Below, one piece after another: positions 1 through 10,233 of a stretch of 64,000 bases of DNA (positions within the stretch are counted from its first letter, which is position 1; each line of letters opens with the position of its first letter). A program made the position numbers and the translations under genes. Origin of the DNA: Alphaproteobacteria bacterium (lineage in GTDB: Bacteria > Pseudomonadota > Alphaproteobacteria > UBA828); assembly GCA_965214705.1 (NCBI GenBank), contig OZ243972.1:3840001-3904000 (forward strand), written 5' to 3'. The notes beneath the pieces are model-generated. The model was not told the origin of the DNA, ran no database searches, and was given only the letters and a program-made list of their open reading frames with translations.

Positions 1-1
1 G

Positions 2-151
2 GCGCGGGTTATCCTGCGGGATGCAGTCGGGGCGGAGGCCGGAGCGGACAACCTCGCCAGTGCCATCCGCGCGCGCTTCGCCCCGTTCGGCGGGGTGGAG
101 CTTGATCTCCCGCCGCGCCAGCCCATTCGCGAGCCGCCCAGCTTCGATTGA
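2..151 (+). CDS. 3' end of FitA/StbC-like antitoxin (truncated by window start)
   Basis: Frame 2 reads ARVILRDAVG...LASAIRARFAPFGGVELDLPPRQPIREPPSFD* (TGA 149-151), typical C-terminus of FitA-like stability proteins; ends 9 nt upstream of a PIN toxin. Confidence 0.75.
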   Translation, partial: ARVILRDAVGAEAGADNLASAIRARFAPFGGVELDLPPRQPIREPPSFD

Positions 152-160
152 CGGCTGTCG

Positions 161-583
161 ATGTTCGTGTTGGACACCAATGTCGTCTCCGAATTGATGC
201 GCCCGGTGCCCGAGCCTGCTGTCCAGGCGTGGGTGGCGGTGCGCCGGGTGGGGGACATGTATTTCTCGGCCGTCAGCGAAGCGGAGCTCCGTTACGGGGT
301 TGCGATCCTGCCTAAAGGCCGACGACGGGACGCGCTCGCCGAAGCGGTCGATGGGTTGGTGCGAGAGGACTTCGCCGGTCGAATACTGTCGTTCGACAGC
401 CCGGCGGCGCAGGCCTACGCGGAGATTGCCGCGGCGCGCCGTGCTGCCGGACAACCGGTTTGTCAGGCCGATTGCCAGATTGCGGCGATCGTGCAGGCGC
501 GCGGCTTCGCGGTAGCCACGCGCAACGTGCGCGATTTCGCTGGTATGGGTATCGAGGTCGTCGACCCATGGGCGGGTGTGTGA
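161..583 (+). CDS. vapC: PIN-domain toxin, VapC/FitB family
   Basis: VLDTNVVSE, SEAELRYG, ADCQIAA, ATRNVRDF acidic PIN motifs; 140 aa. Confidence 0.92.
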   Translation: MFVLDTNVVSELMRPVPEPAVQAWVAVRRVGDMYFSAVSEAELRYGVAILPKGRRRDALAEAVDGLVREDFAGRILSFDSPAAQAYAEIAAARRAAGQPVCQADCQIAAIVQARGFAVATRNVRDFAGMGIEVVDPWAGV

Positions 584-678
584 ACATAGTCACCGCGGTG
601 CTTACCTCTGGTTGCCTCCCCGTGACGCATGGTGAATTGTCCCCGCGACAGGACCGCCGGACGCACAAAGGGGGCCGC

Positions 679-1767
679 GTGCCGACAATCGAAAAGCTGG
701 AAGTCGACCTGTTCCGCCTGCCGCTGCCGGTAGCGATGGGGGCCGCGGCGGCGGGCGTGATGACCGCCTTCGACATGGTCACGGCGCGGATCACGGACAG
801 CGACGGCGTCACCGGCGTGGGTTACACCGTAGCGCACCAGGGGCAGGGCGGCCCCATCGCGGCGCTGTGCGACGGGTCTTTCCGGTCGAGCGTCGAGGGC
901 CGCGACCCAGACCTGATCGAGACGATCTGGCGGGACATCTACAAGCGCCACCACTATGCCGGCCGGGGCGGGCCCGTGGCCTTTGCCATGGCGGCGGTGG
1001 ATGTCGCGCTCTGGGACCTGAAGGGCAACCGGCTCGGCACGCCGCTCTGGCGGCTGCTCGGCGGCGCCAATCCCTTGGTTAAGGCCTACGCCGGCAACAT
1101 CGACCTGAACTTCCCCATGGACCGGCTGCTGGAAGGCGGCATGGCGAGCGTCGAGCAGGGCTTCCGGTCAGTCAAGATGCGGCTCGGCCGCCCGACCCTC
1201 GCCGAGGATATCGCCCGCGTCGACGCCATGCGCAACCATCTGCCCGACGAGATCGAGCTGATGGCGGACGCGAACGAGGCCTGGCGGATGGATCAGGCGG
1301 TCCGCGCCATGACCCTGCTGCGACCCTTCGACCTGGTCTGGCTTGAAGAACCCATCGCGCCCGACAACACCGCCGGCTACGCCCATCTGCGCTCGCTCGG
1401 TACGGTGCCGCTGGCGGTGGGCGAGAACCACCACACGCTCGCGGAGTTTGCGGCGCTGATCGGAGCCGGCGGCGTCGATTTTCCGGAGCCCGACCTCACC
1501 ACCTGCGGCGGCATCACGCCCTTCATGAAGATCGCGCATCTCGCCGAGGCACACGGCCTGCCGGTGACGAGCCACGGCGCGCACGACCTGCACATCCACG
1601 TGCTGGCCGCGGCCCCGAACGCGGCCTATCTGGAGTGGCATGCCTTCGGCCTTGAGAAATTCATGGAGGATCCGCTGACCGTGGAGGACGGCTATGCCCG
1701 CGCGCCGGACCGGCCTGGCCACGGCATCGCATTCGACTGGCAGGCTCTCGCCGCCCACCGGCCATAG
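679..1767 (+). CDS. Mandelate racemase/muconate lactonizing enzyme (enolase superfamily)
   Basis: AVDVALWDLKG, ADANE, WLEEP, VGEN, SHG motifs; GTG start at 679 after AAAGGGGG chosen over the ORF-track start 460. Confidence 0.88.
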   Translation: MPTIEKLEVDLFRLPLPVAMGAAAAGVMTAFDMVTARITDSDGVTGVGYTVAHQGQGGPIAALCDGSFRSSVEGRDPDLIETIWRDIYKRHHYAGRGGPVAFAMAAVDVALWDLKGNRLGTPLWRLLGGANPLVKAYAGNIDLNFPMDRLLEGGMASVEQGFRSVKMRLGRPTLAEDIARVDAMRNHLPDEIELMADANEAWRMDQAVRAMTLLRPFDLVWLEEPIAPDNTAGYAHLRSLGTVPLAVGENHHTLAEFAALIGAGGVDFPEPDLTTCGGITPFMKIAHLAEAHGLPVTSHGAHDLHIHVLAAAPNAAYLEWHAFGLEKFMEDPLTVEDGYARAPDRPGHGIAFDWQALAAHRP

Positions 1768-1796
1768 CGCGCCTAACGCCTTGAGCCGGTCGGCCT

Positions 1797-1826
1797 CATC
1801 CCGGACTATCCCAGCATATCCAGGAT
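1797..1826 (+). repeat. 10-bp phased tandem repeat (3 units)
   Basis: catcccggac tatcccagca tatccaggat in the intergenic gap. Confidence 0.5.
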
Positions 1827-1862
1827 TGGACCGTCATTCGGACGAGGAGAGGGAGGTGCGCG

Positions 1863-2579
1863 ATGGGCGAGAGCGAGAGGGGCAACGTCAAGGAGGGGTG
1901 GAGCGCCTGGTGGAGCTTCGCGCGCATTCCCGAGTTCCCGGTCGAGGCGGAGAAGACCGCGCTCATCGTGATCGATATGACCTATCAGCAGGCCCACCGG
2001 GACTACGGCCTCTGCAAGCGGATCATCGAGGCGGGCCTGGAGGACGACCTTGCCTACTACCTCGATCGGATCGACCGCGTGGTTGTACCGAACCTGGTGG
2101 AGCTCATCGCGGCGTTCCGTGAGGTGAGCGCGCCGGTGATCTACACGCGCTGCGCCTCGCTGGTGGGCGACGGTTCGGACCAGACCTGGCGTCACCGCCA
2201 CTTCGGCGTGGTCACGACCGTCGACTCCAAGGATGCGCAGATTCTCGAACTGCTCGCGCCACAAGAAGGCGACATCATGCTGACCAAGTCGGGCTCGGCG
2301 GTCTTCCCCTCGACCAACTGCGAGCATCTGCTGCGCGTGAAGGGGATCACCACCATCGTGGTGAGCGGCATCTTCACCAACAGCTGCGTGGAGGGGACGA
2401 TCCGGCTCGCGGGCGATCTCGATTTCCGCTGCCTGATGCCAGAGGACTCCTGTGCCGCCATGTCGCCGAGCGGACACGCTAACGCGGTCGAGTATCTCGA
2501 CGGCAACTTCTGCCACGTGAAGCCGACGGCGGAGATCATCCGCCTGCTGGGCGCGGGAGCCGGCGCGGCCGCAGCCTAG
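1863..2579 (+). CDS. Isochorismatase-family cysteine hydrolase (amidase)
   Basis: TALIVIDM, K-SGSAVF, GIFTNSCVEGT (Asp-Lys-Cys triad); RBS GGAGG. Confidence 0.88.
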   Translation: MGESERGNVKEGWSAWWSFARIPEFPVEAEKTALIVIDMTYQQAHRDYGLCKRIIEAGLEDDLAYYLDRIDRVVVPNLVELIAAFREVSAPVIYTRCASLVGDGSDQTWRHRHFGVVTTVDSKDAQILELLAPQEGDIMLTKSGSAVFPSTNCEHLLRVKGITTIVVSGIFTNSCVEGTIRLAGDLDFRCLMPEDSCAAMSPSGHANAVEYLDGNFCHVKPTAEIIRLLGAGAGAAAA

Positions 2580-2581
2580 CG

Positions 2582-3754
2582 TCACTCCGCCTGCCGGATG
2601 ACGCCGCCCTGGGCGAGCGCCGCGCAGGCAGCCTCGTCGTAGCCGATCTCTCGCAGGATCGCGGTGCTGTGCTGGCCGAGGGCGGGCACGGCTGTTTCGA
2701 TCCGGCCCGGCTCCTCCTGGAACTTGATCGGGATGCCGAGATGGGAAGCGCCGTCGCCGTCCCGCTCGACCATGTTGCGCGCGGCGAGGTGGGGATCGTC
2801 GAAGGCCTCCTTGAGGTCGAGGACCGGCGCGAAGCAGATGTCGCGGCCGGCGAACCACTCGACCCACTCGGCCTGGGTCCGCGTGGCGAAGGTCTCTTCG
2901 AGGAAGGCGTGGAGCGGCGCCTGGGCGGGGCCTGCCGGCTCGCGGCCGAGGGGGATCAGGTCGGGGCGGCCTACACCCTCCAGGAAGTTGACGACGAACT
3001 TCATCTCGCCGCCGCCCAGGGTGATGTAGCGGCCGTCCCTGGTGCGGTAGGGACGGTAAAACGCGGCGCCGCCCTGCGTGCGCTCGGCTGAGGGGGCAGG
3101 CGCGCGGCCGTCCGCGAACACACGGCCCGCCACGTGCGAAGTCCAGGACACCACCGTGTCGAACATGGCGAGGTCGAGGTAATCGCCCCGCCCGGTGGTC
3201 TGGCGGCGCAGCAGGGCCATGAGAATGCCGGCGAGCGCCATGAGCGAGCCCCCCATGTCGGAGGGCGGCAAGCAGGCCATGGCCGGCTTGCCGTCGCCAT
3301 CGACGCTGAGGCTGGCGACGCCGGCGAGCGCGTTGACGCTGAGGTCGTGGGCCGGGCGGTCGCGGTAGGGCCCGGACTGGCCGAAGGCGGAGATGGAGGC
3401 GTAGATCACCTGTGGCGCGCGTGCGCGCACGACCTCGTAGCCGATCCCCAGGCGATCGACCACACCAGGGCGGAAGGTCTCGAGCACCACGTCGGCGGTC
3501 TCCGCAAGGCGCATGAACGCTTCGCGCCCGGCTTCGCTCTTGAGATCGACCGCGAGGCTTCGTTTGCCCCGGTTCGCGTTGCGGAAATAGACCGTGTGGC
3601 CGGCCTGCACCGGCCCGATGGCGCGCGCGGGATCACCGCTCTTCGGGTCCTCGACCTTGATCACGTCGGCGCCATGGTCGGCCATCATCATCGCGAGATG
3701 TGGGCCGGGCAGGAACCGGGAGAGGTCCAGCACCCTGATCCCTTCGAGCTTCAT
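2582..3754 (-). CDS. CaiB/BaiF family CoA-transferase (class III)
   Basis: LEGIRVLDLSRFLPGP, NRGKRSLAVDLKS, ETFRPGVVDRLGIGY; start placed at ATG 3754. Confidence 0.92.
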   Translation of the reverse strand: MKLEGIRVLDLSRFLPGPHLAMMMADHGADVIKVEDPKSGDPARAIGPVQAGHTVYFRNANRGKRSLAVDLKSEAGREAFMRLAETADVVLETFRPGVVDRLGIGYEVVRARAPQVIYASISAFGQSGPYRDRPAHDLSVNALAGVASLSVDGDGKPAMACLPPSDMGGSLMALAGILMALLRRQTTGRGDYLDLAMFDTVVSWTSHVAGRVFADGRAPAPSAERTQGGAAFYRPYRTRDGRYITLGGGEMKFVVNFLEGVGRPDLIPLGREPAGPAQAPLHAFLEETFATRTQAEWVEWFAGRDICFAPVLDLKEAFDDPHLAARNMVERDGDGASHLGIPIKFQEEPGRIETAVPALGQHSTAILREIGYDEAACAALAQGGVIRQAE

Positions 3755-3939
3755 CGGTCGCCTCCATGCGCGGATTCGCTCTCGGTTGGCGCCGACATAC
3801 CCCGTGATCGCCGCGCGCGCCATGGCGCGCAAGCCCGAGCCCAACTGCTCGCGGCGAGGTGAGGGGATGTCATTGGCCGGGCGCGGAGCGTGTCGCTAAG
3901 GTCAGTCTCGATCGCGCACCGAGTCGCCCAGAGGACGCC

Positions 3940-5346
3940 GTGCAAGGACTCGCGGAATCGCTCGCCGTCTATTTCGAGCGGCGGATGGCCCGCATCCTCC
4001 TCCTCGGGATCATCAGCGGTTTCCCGTGGGTGCTCATCGGCAGCAGCCTCACCCTTTGGCTCACCGAAGACGGGCTCAGCCGCAGCACCATCGGTTGGGC
4101 CGGCCTGATCTTCGGCGTCTACGCGTTCAACTTCCTCTGGGCCCCGCTGATCGACCGCGTCCGGCTGCCGTGGCTCTCGCAACGGCTCGGCCAGCGGCGG
4201 GCGTGGATCCTGGTCCTGCAGGCGGCGGTACTGGTGTGCCTCGTGCTGTGGAGCGCGCTGGACCCGTCCGAAAACCTAGGGTCCGTCATCGCCATCGGCC
4301 TCGCCATCGCGGTGGCGTCCGCGACCCAGGACATCGCCATCGATGCGCTCAGAATCGAGCAGATCGGCAAAGAGGAAGGCGAGGCGATGGCCGCTGGCGC
4401 GGCGGTCGCGGTGGTCGGCTGGTGGAGCGGCTTCAAGCTCGGCGGCATCGTCGCCCTGGAAACCGCCGAAGCCTTCCAGACTGCAGGCATCGAGAACTAC
4501 TGGCAGGTCACGTTCCTCGTGCTCGGGATCGTGGTCGTCCTCTGCAACGTGGGCCTCCTGTTCGTGAGAGAGGCCGCAGCGGTGGCGCGCATGGCCGCCC
4601 AGGCAGAAGACGAGGAGCGGATCGCCGCGCGCCTGCGCGTGTCCGGCCCGCTCGGGCGCATCGCGGCGTGGCTGGGGGGCACGGTCTTCAGTCCACTCAT
4701 GCGCTTCTTCGAGAGGAACGGAGTGGCGATCGCCGCTGCGGTTCTGGGCTTCGTCTTTCTGTTCAAGATCGGCGAAGCCTTCATGGGGCGCATGTCGCTG
4801 GTCTTCTACACGGAGATCGGCTTCACCAAGTCGGACATCGCACTCTACTCAAAGGGCCTCGGCTGGATTGTTACCGTCGGGTTCACGCTGCTGGGCGGTC
4901 TCGTTGCGGTCCGCATCGGACTCATACGAGCCATGTTCGCATCCGGGATCGCCATGGCGCTCACCAATCTCATGTTTGCGCTGCTGGCCTGGTCCGGGAA
5001 GTCGGAGGTGCTGTTCGCGGCCGCGGTGGTGATGGACGACCTCACGAGCGCGTTCGCGACGGTCACCTTCGTCGCCTTCATCTCGATGCTTGTGGACCGG
5101 ACCTATACGGCCACTCAATACGCCCTGCTGGCCTCGCTCGGTACGGCGGGCCGGACGCTGCTCGCCGCGTCATCCGGTGAGCTGGTGGACTGGCTCGAGG
5201 GGGACTGGGGCACCTTCTTCGTCATCACGACGCTGATGGTGATCCCTTCGTTGGTGTGCCTCTGGGCGATCCGCGCGAAGCTGCGCGAGCTGCTGGCCGG
5301 TGCGCGGGTGCGGCTCATGGGGAAGGCCGCGGAGGAGGCACCCTAG
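3940..5346 (+). CDS. ampG: AmpG-like MFS permease (muropeptide/acetyl-CoA transporter family)
   Basis: GIISGFP, NFLWAPLID, GQRRAW, SATQDIAIDALRIE, TATQYALLASL; about 12 hydrophobic segments. Confidence 0.8.
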   Translation: MQGLAESLAVYFERRMARILLLGIISGFPWVLIGSSLTLWLTEDGLSRSTIGWAGLIFGVYAFNFLWAPLIDRVRLPWLSQRLGQRRAWILVLQAAVLVCLVLWSALDPSENLGSVIAIGLAIAVASATQDIAIDALRIEQIGKEEGEAMAAGAAVAVVGWWSGFKLGGIVALETAEAFQTAGIENYWQVTFLVLGIVVVLCNVGLLFVREAAAVARMAAQAEDEERIAARLRVSGPLGRIAAWLGGTVFSPLMRFFERNGVAIAAAVLGFVFLFKIGEAFMGRMSLVFYTEIGFTKSDIALYSKGLGWIVTVGFTLLGGLVAVRIGLIRAMFASGIAMALTNLMFALLAWSGKSEVLFAAAVVMDDLTSAFATVTFVAFISMLVDRTYTATQYALLASLGTAGRTLLAASSGELVDWLEGDWGTFFVITTLMVIPSLVCLWAIRAKLRELLAGARVRLMGKAAEEAP

Positions 5347-5378
5347 CCCCGCATCACTCACCGCAGGCAGGCGCTACA

Positions 5379-6410
5379 TCAGCGGCGCAGGTATGAACGG
5401 AGCCCAGACAGAGGGCTCGTGTCGCGCTCATGATCCTGCGTTCCGCGCCGTTGGCCGGTGAAGAAATCGGCTGACATGGGTCCGAGGCTGATCAGCCCGC
5501 CGGGGAGGAAGCGCGTAACCAGCAGCAGGATCAGCGCGTAGCCCACGGTTTGGTATGCGGACGCCTCGCGCAGCAGCTCGAAGCCGCCGATCAGCAGGAC
5601 GGTTCCCAAAATCGGGCCGAGCGCGGTGCTGGTGCCGCCGATCACCACGTAAGCGACCGCGTAGATGGAGTCCCAAAGCGAGAACGCATCGGGATGGGCC
5701 AGGATCAGATAGTGCGCGTAGAAGCTGCCTGTGATCCCGGCAAAGAAGCAGGCGATGACGAAGGCGATGAGCTTGTAGATCGCGCTATCGACGCCGACGC
5801 TCCGCGCCAGGATCTCGCTTTGGCGAACCGCGCGCAGAACGGCGCCCATGGGCGAGCGGTCGATCCAATAGGCGATTCCGACGGCGGCAAGCCCGAGCAG
5901 CCAGACGAGATAGTAATAGGACGTCTTGTCCGTGAACGCGATCGTGCCGCCGCCGAAGGGCAGCGTTATCGGGTCGGGCGGCCGGATGTCGACCATGACC
6001 CCCATGCCCATGCTGCCGCCGGTGAAGTCGGGGGTCACCAGGATGATCTGGCGGATCACGATGTTGAGCACCAGCGTCACCATGGCGAAGTAGGCGCCGG
6101 TCAGGCGCAGTGCCGGAAAGCCGAAGAGCGCCGCAGCTACCGCCGCGATCAGCCCGGCCACGGGCATCGCCGCCCAGAACGACCAGCCCAGATGGCCGGC
6201 GAGCATGGCCGATGCGTAAGAGCCGATGGTCATGAACGCCGCCTGACCAAAGGTCCACTGGCCGATGATCAGGACCAGCCGAACTCCCAGCGAGACGATC
6301 GTGAACACCCCGATGGTGATGAAGACATGCAGGTAATAGGGGTGCTGCGTGATGACCGGGATCAACCCGGTCAGCACGACCAGTGCGGCGATCGCACCAA
6401 GTTTAAGCAC
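5379..6410 (-). CDS. livM: Branched-chain amino acid type ABC permease (LivM-like)
   Basis: FGQAAF, LRLTGAYFAMVTL, IGG...GPILG motifs. Confidence 0.85.
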   Translation of the reverse strand: MLKLGAIAALVVLTGLIPVITQHPYYLHVFITIGVFTIVSLGVRLVLIIGQWTFGQAAFMTIGSYASAMLAGHLGWSFWAAMPVAGLIAAVAAALFGFPALRLTGAYFAMVTLVLNIVIRQIILVTPDFTGGSMGMGVMVDIRPPDPITLPFGGGTIAFTDKTSYYYLVWLLGLAAVGIAYWIDRSPMGAVLRAVRQSEILARSVGVDSAIYKLIAFVIACFFAGITGSFYAHYLILAHPDAFSLWDSIYAVAYVVIGGTSTALGPILGTVLLIGGFELLREASAYQTVGYALILLLVTRFLPGGLISLGPMSADFFTGQRRGTQDHERDTSPLSGLRSYLRR

Positions 6411-7263
6411 GGCCCAGCAACCCGCGCGGCCGGAAGATCAGGATCAGCATCACCGCGCTGAATGCGGCGAGCGACGAATATCCGCCAAAGAAGGTGGTGC
6501 CGAAGCTCTCCAACGCGCCGAAGGCGAGAGAGCCCACCACGGCACCTGGGATGCTGCCGAGGCCGCCCAAGATCACCACCATGAAGGCCTTGATGACGAC
6601 GGGGCCGCCCACGGCAGGCGTCAGCACCTGGATCGGCAGCAGGAGGCCCGCCGCTGCCGCCGCCAACGCGCTACCGATAAACATGCCGAGCGCGCTGATC
6701 CAGTCGACGTTGATGCCTTGCAGCATCGCCGCCTCCCGATCCTGCGCGACGGCGCGCATCGCTTGCCCTTCCTTGCTGCGCCAGACGAACAGGAAGAGGA
6801 GCGCGATGAGGGGCGCCGCGACGCCCAGGATCATCAGCCGCTCGCTGGGGATGACGATGGTGTCAAAAAACCAGACGGCGCCGTCCACCGGACTGCGAAA
6901 ACGCTTGTCGCGCTCACCGAACGCGAGCAGCGCGCTGCCTTCGATGAGGAGGAGAATTCCGAGCGTGACAATCATGCTCGGCAGGTCCTGCCCGCGCAGC
7001 GGGCGCAAAAATATGCGGTCGAGCACCATGCCGAGCATACCCACGGCGATGGCGGCGATGAAGAGCGCGGCGAAATAGTTCACGCCCAGTTCGGTCGCCA
7101 GATAGAACACGCAGAAGGCGCCCAGCATGTAGAGGTGGCCGTGGGCGAACTGGATCACCCGCATGATGCTGAAGACCAGGCTAAGCCCGACGGCAATCAG
7201 TGCATAGGTGGCGCCCAGCATGAGCGCGTTGACCGCGACCTGACCGTAGAGCATGGCCGTCAC
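6403..7263 (-). CDS. livH: Branched-chain amino acid type ABC permease (LivH-like)
   Basis: YALIAVGLSLVF, FAHG, MRAVAQDREAA, ILGGLGSIPGA, RPRGLLG. Confidence 0.88.
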   Translation of the reverse strand: MTAMLYGQVAVNALMLGATYALIAVGLSLVFSIMRVIQFAHGHLYMLGAFCVFYLATELGVNYFAALFIAAIAVGMLGMVLDRIFLRPLRGQDLPSMIVTLGILLLIEGSALLAFGERDKRFRSPVDGAVWFFDTIVIPSERLMILGVAAPLIALLFLFVWRSKEGQAMRAVAQDREAAMLQGINVDWISALGMFIGSALAAAAAGLLLPIQVLTPAVGGPVVIKAFMVVILGGLGSIPGAVVGSLAFGALESFGTTFFGGYSSLAAFSAVMLILIFRPRGLLGRA

Positions 7264-7323
7264 GGGCGGACGCCTTTCGGTTGCGCGACCCTGGCGCCGG
7301 CGGCTGTGGGCCAGCCTCGCCGC

Positions 7324-8094
7324 TCAGGCCGGCGCCTGTTCGATTCCATGAATGTCCTCGTCGGCGCCGAGATAGGCGTCGATGACGCGCGGATCGTTCT
7401 GAATACGCTGCGGCGGCCCCTCGGCGATCAGCTTGCCGAAATCGAGGACCGCGATGCGGTCGCAGCAGCGCATGACGGCGCGCATGTTGTGCTCGACCAG
7501 CATGACGGTCGTGTCCCGGGCACGAATCCGCTCGATAGTGGAGACCATCGCCTCCGTCTCGCCCGCGTCCATGCCGGTCAGCGGCTCGTCGAGCAGAAGC
7601 AGCGACGGGGCGGCGGCCAGCGCGAGCGCGATACCGAGCGCCCGGCGGTGGCCGTGCGGCAGGTTTTCGGCGCGCTCATCGGTGAGGTCGCTCAGGTCCA
7701 CGAGCTCGATGATCTCGTGCACGGACATCCTCTCCGCTGCCTCGCGGCCACTCATGCGCCGGAAGCTGAGGCCGCTGTGCGCACGTGCGCTCACCAGGAC
7801 GTTCTCGAGCACCGTCATTTCCATGAACAGCTCGGTCTGCTGGAAGGTACGCACCAGGCCGTGCCGTGCGATGCGGTGCAGGGACCAGTGCGTGATGTCG
7901 GTGCCGTCGTAGATGATGCGTCCGGCACTCGCCGGCAGGACCCCGCTGATGACGTTGAAGAGCGTGGTCTTGCCGGCTCCGTTGGGCCCGATCAGGCCGA
8001 GAATCTCGCCCGGCTCAACCGTGAGATCGACTCCGCCGAGCGCCGCAAGGCCGCCGAAGTTCTTGCCGATTCCCGTGAGCTCGAGGAGTGCCAT
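7324..8094 (-). CDS. livG: ABC ATPase (LivG-like)
   Basis: GPNGAGKTT, RTFQ, LLLLDEP, VEHNM, VIDAYLG. Confidence 0.88.
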   Translation of the reverse strand: MALLELTGIGKNFGGLAALGGVDLTVEPGEILGLIGPNGAGKTTLFNVISGVLPASAGRIIYDGTDITHWSLHRIARHGLVRTFQQTELFMEMTVLENVLVSARAHSGLSFRRMSGREAAERMSVHEIIELVDLSDLTDERAENLPHGHRRALGIALALAAAPSLLLLDEPLTGMDAGETEAMVSTIERIRARDTTVMLVEHNMRAVMRCCDRIAVLDFGKLIAEGPPQRIQNDPRVIDAYLGADEDIHGIEQAPA

Positions 8095-8121
8095 GGCTTG
8101 CGCGCCGGCGCGTGCGGAACG

Positions 8122-8850
8122 CTAACCCAGGTACACGCGCTTGACTTCCTCGTTCTGGGCCAGCGCGTCGGTCGCGCCGGTGATCACCACTTGCCCGGTT
8201 TCGAGGACGTAAGCGTGCTGAGCGATACGGAAGGCCATGCGCGCGTTCTGTTCGATGAGCAGGATACCGACGCGCCAGCGCCGCGTGATCGCGGCGATGA
8301 CCTGGGCGATCTCCTGAACCATCCGGGGGGCGAGGCCGATCGAAGGCTCATCCAGCAGGAGAAGGCGCGGACGGGCCATGAGCGCCCGCCCGATGGCAAG
8401 CATCTGCTGCTCACCGCCGCTGAGGCTGCCCGCGCGCTGGCGGGAACGTTCCTTGAGCCGCGGAAAGTGCTCGTAGGTAAGGGCGAGGTCGTCGTCGAAT
8501 GCGGAATCCCTGAGCATCAACTTGCCGCTGCGCAGTCTGCGGTAGGCGCCCATCCGCAAATTCTCGAACACGGTCATGTCCGGGAAGACGCGGCGCCCCT
8601 CCGGTACGTGCGCGATTCCCAAGCCAACGATCTTGTGGGCGGGCACGCGGTCGATGCGCTTGCCGTCGAACAGGATTTCGCCAGCGCTGGCCCGCTTGAG
8701 GCCCGAGATCGTGCGCACAAGGGTGGACTTGCCGGCCCCATTGGGCCCGACCAGCGCGACGAGGCTCCCCTCGGAGACGGCGAGGGTCACTCCCTTGAGC
8801 GCGGGCGCCCGCCCATGATGAACCCACAGGTCCTTGACCTCGAGCAGCAT
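8122..8850 (-). CDS. livF: ABC ATPase (LivF-like)
   Basis: GPNGAGKST, VPEGRRVF, LSGGEQQMLAIGRAL, IEQNA; start placed at ATG 8850. Confidence 0.88.
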   Translation of the reverse strand: MLLEVKDLWVHHGRAPALKGVTLAVSEGSLVALVGPNGAGKSTLVRTISGLKRASAGEILFDGKRIDRVPAHKIVGLGIAHVPEGRRVFPDMTVFENLRMGAYRRLRSGKLMLRDSAFDDDLALTYEHFPRLKERSRQRAGSLSGGEQQMLAIGRALMARPRLLLLDEPSIGLAPRMVQEIAQVIAAITRRWRVGILLIEQNARMAFRIAQHAYVLETGQVVITGATDALAQNEEVKRVYLG

Positions 8851-8886
8851 GACCGACGGCACCCGTCTCGGGAACTGGCGGGCGTG

Positions 8887-8928
8887 GGCCGGCCGGGGGC
8901 GAACGCCTTACCCGCCCCCGTACCGGCC
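8887..8928 (-). terminator. GC-rich hairpin downstream of the binding-protein gene
   Basis: cgggggcg (8894-8901) pairs with cgcccccg (8913-8920), extended by ggccgg/ccggcc; no U-tract. Confidence 0.45.
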
Positions 8929-8948
8929 TGCCCTCATACGACTGCGGC

Positions 8949-10124
8949 TCACGGCACCGTTGGCGGCACCACGGAGACGGTGGTCGCTTTCCCGTCCTTG
9001 ATCGTGTTGAGCACGACGGGCACCTGCATCTGATGCGGCTGGCCCCACGTCTCGGCGCCGCCCCAAGTGATGGTCGGCTTGCCGGGCAGCAGTTCCTGCA
9101 CCACCGTGGATTGCCGGACGCCCTCCACGATCGCCGGGATGTCGTCGATCGAACCGGCTTTCTGGATGCCGGCGAGAAGCACCCTGATCCCCTGGTAGAA
9201 GGCGAGCGCAACGGCGGTCCATTCGCCTTCCCGCTCCGTGTATTTCTCACGGAACGCCACGAGCTCCGGGCCCTCGGGGAAGCCGTGGGAGCCGATGATG
9301 TAGAAGCCCTCGGCGGCCTCGGGGCCGGCGTGGTTGAGGTAGAGGTTGATATCGTCCTCGCAGCTGCAGCTCATCACGCCCTTATAGCCGAGCTGACGGG
9401 CGAGCTTCAGGAGTTGCGGCCCGGTCTGGCCGACGCAACCCAGGTTGAGCATGTCGGGGTTCAGCGCCAGCACCTTGGTTACCACCGGCAGCGGGTCCGC
9501 CAGGTCGGGATCGAAGTACTCGACGCCGAGCCACTCGAGGCCGAGGGCCTGCACCGCAGCCTTGTCGTTTTGCACGGCCATCTCCGGGAACTGTCCGCGC
9601 GGGGACAGCTCGACCACCGTCTTGAGGTCCGGGTTGTCCTCGAGAACCCTCCCGAACAGGACCGGCGCGAAATTCGGCGGCAGATTGAGCGTGCCGAAGC
9701 CGTTGTGCGGCGGCGAGAACACGTCCGGCCGCCACACCGGCGAGACGTGAATGAGTCCTTCCCGCACGTCGTCCGGCAGGCCGAGCCAGGCATCGGGACC
9801 GTTATCGAAGTGGATCATCAGGATCTTGATGCCTTCCTGATGGATGAAGCGCTCCAGGCCGGCTTTGGCGAGCTTGGTGTCCGCCTTGTGGTCGTCGACG
9901 AACAGCTCGATCATGTACGTCTTGCCGCCGACTTCGAGCCCGCCCTGTTCGTTGATCTCGTCGACGTACATTTCCGACGTCGCCCGCAAGGGTACCCCCC
10001 ATGCGGCGCCCCATCCCGTCATCGCTGACTGGAGCCCGATCTTGAGGGTGTCTTCGGCCTGCACGGCTGCGCCAGCGAATGACATCGCGAGCACCGACGC
10101 CGCGGCTACGAGGATTTTCCGCAT
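8949..10124 (-). CDS. Periplasmic binding protein, LivK/type I family
   Basis: Signal peptide MRKILVAAASVLAMSFAGAAVQA, LKIG, DEINEQGG, first gene of the liv-type operon. Confidence 0.85.
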   Translation of the reverse strand: MRKILVAAASVLAMSFAGAAVQAEDTLKIGLQSAMTGWGAAWGVPLRATSEMYVDEINEQGGLEVGGKTYMIELFVDDHKADTKLAKAGLERFIHQEGIKILMIHFDNGPDAWLGLPDDVREGLIHVSPVWRPDVFSPPHNGFGTLNLPPNFAPVLFGRVLEDNPDLKTVVELSPRGQFPEMAVQNDKAAVQALGLEWLGVEYFDPDLADPLPVVTKVLALNPDMLNLGCVGQTGPQLLKLARQLGYKGVMSCSCEDDINLYLNHAGPEAAEGFYIIGSHGFPEGPELVAFREKYTEREGEWTAVALAFYQGIRVLLAGIQKAGSIDDIPAIVEGVRQSTVVQELLPGKPTITWGGAETWGQPHQMQVPVVLNTIKDGKATTVSVVPPTVP

Positions 10125-10233
10125 GGGTTAAGCCTCCCTATTTTGACCTTTTGCGTGCGTGGCAATGCTACGGACTTGGGCCACCAATTGACAAGGCTGG
10201 CTGCCCCACGCAGGGCGCCCCACGAGAAGCGAC

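Noticed and set aside
6349-9033. Very long alternative-frame ORFs (e.g. 6349-9033, 15614-17956, 29205-31409, 33009-35336, 35206-37227, 55224-56924, 58298-60745, 61249-63783)
   Set aside because: They are antisense shadows of recognisable genes. High GC3 suppresses stop codons on the opposite strand, and the translations show no family motifs.
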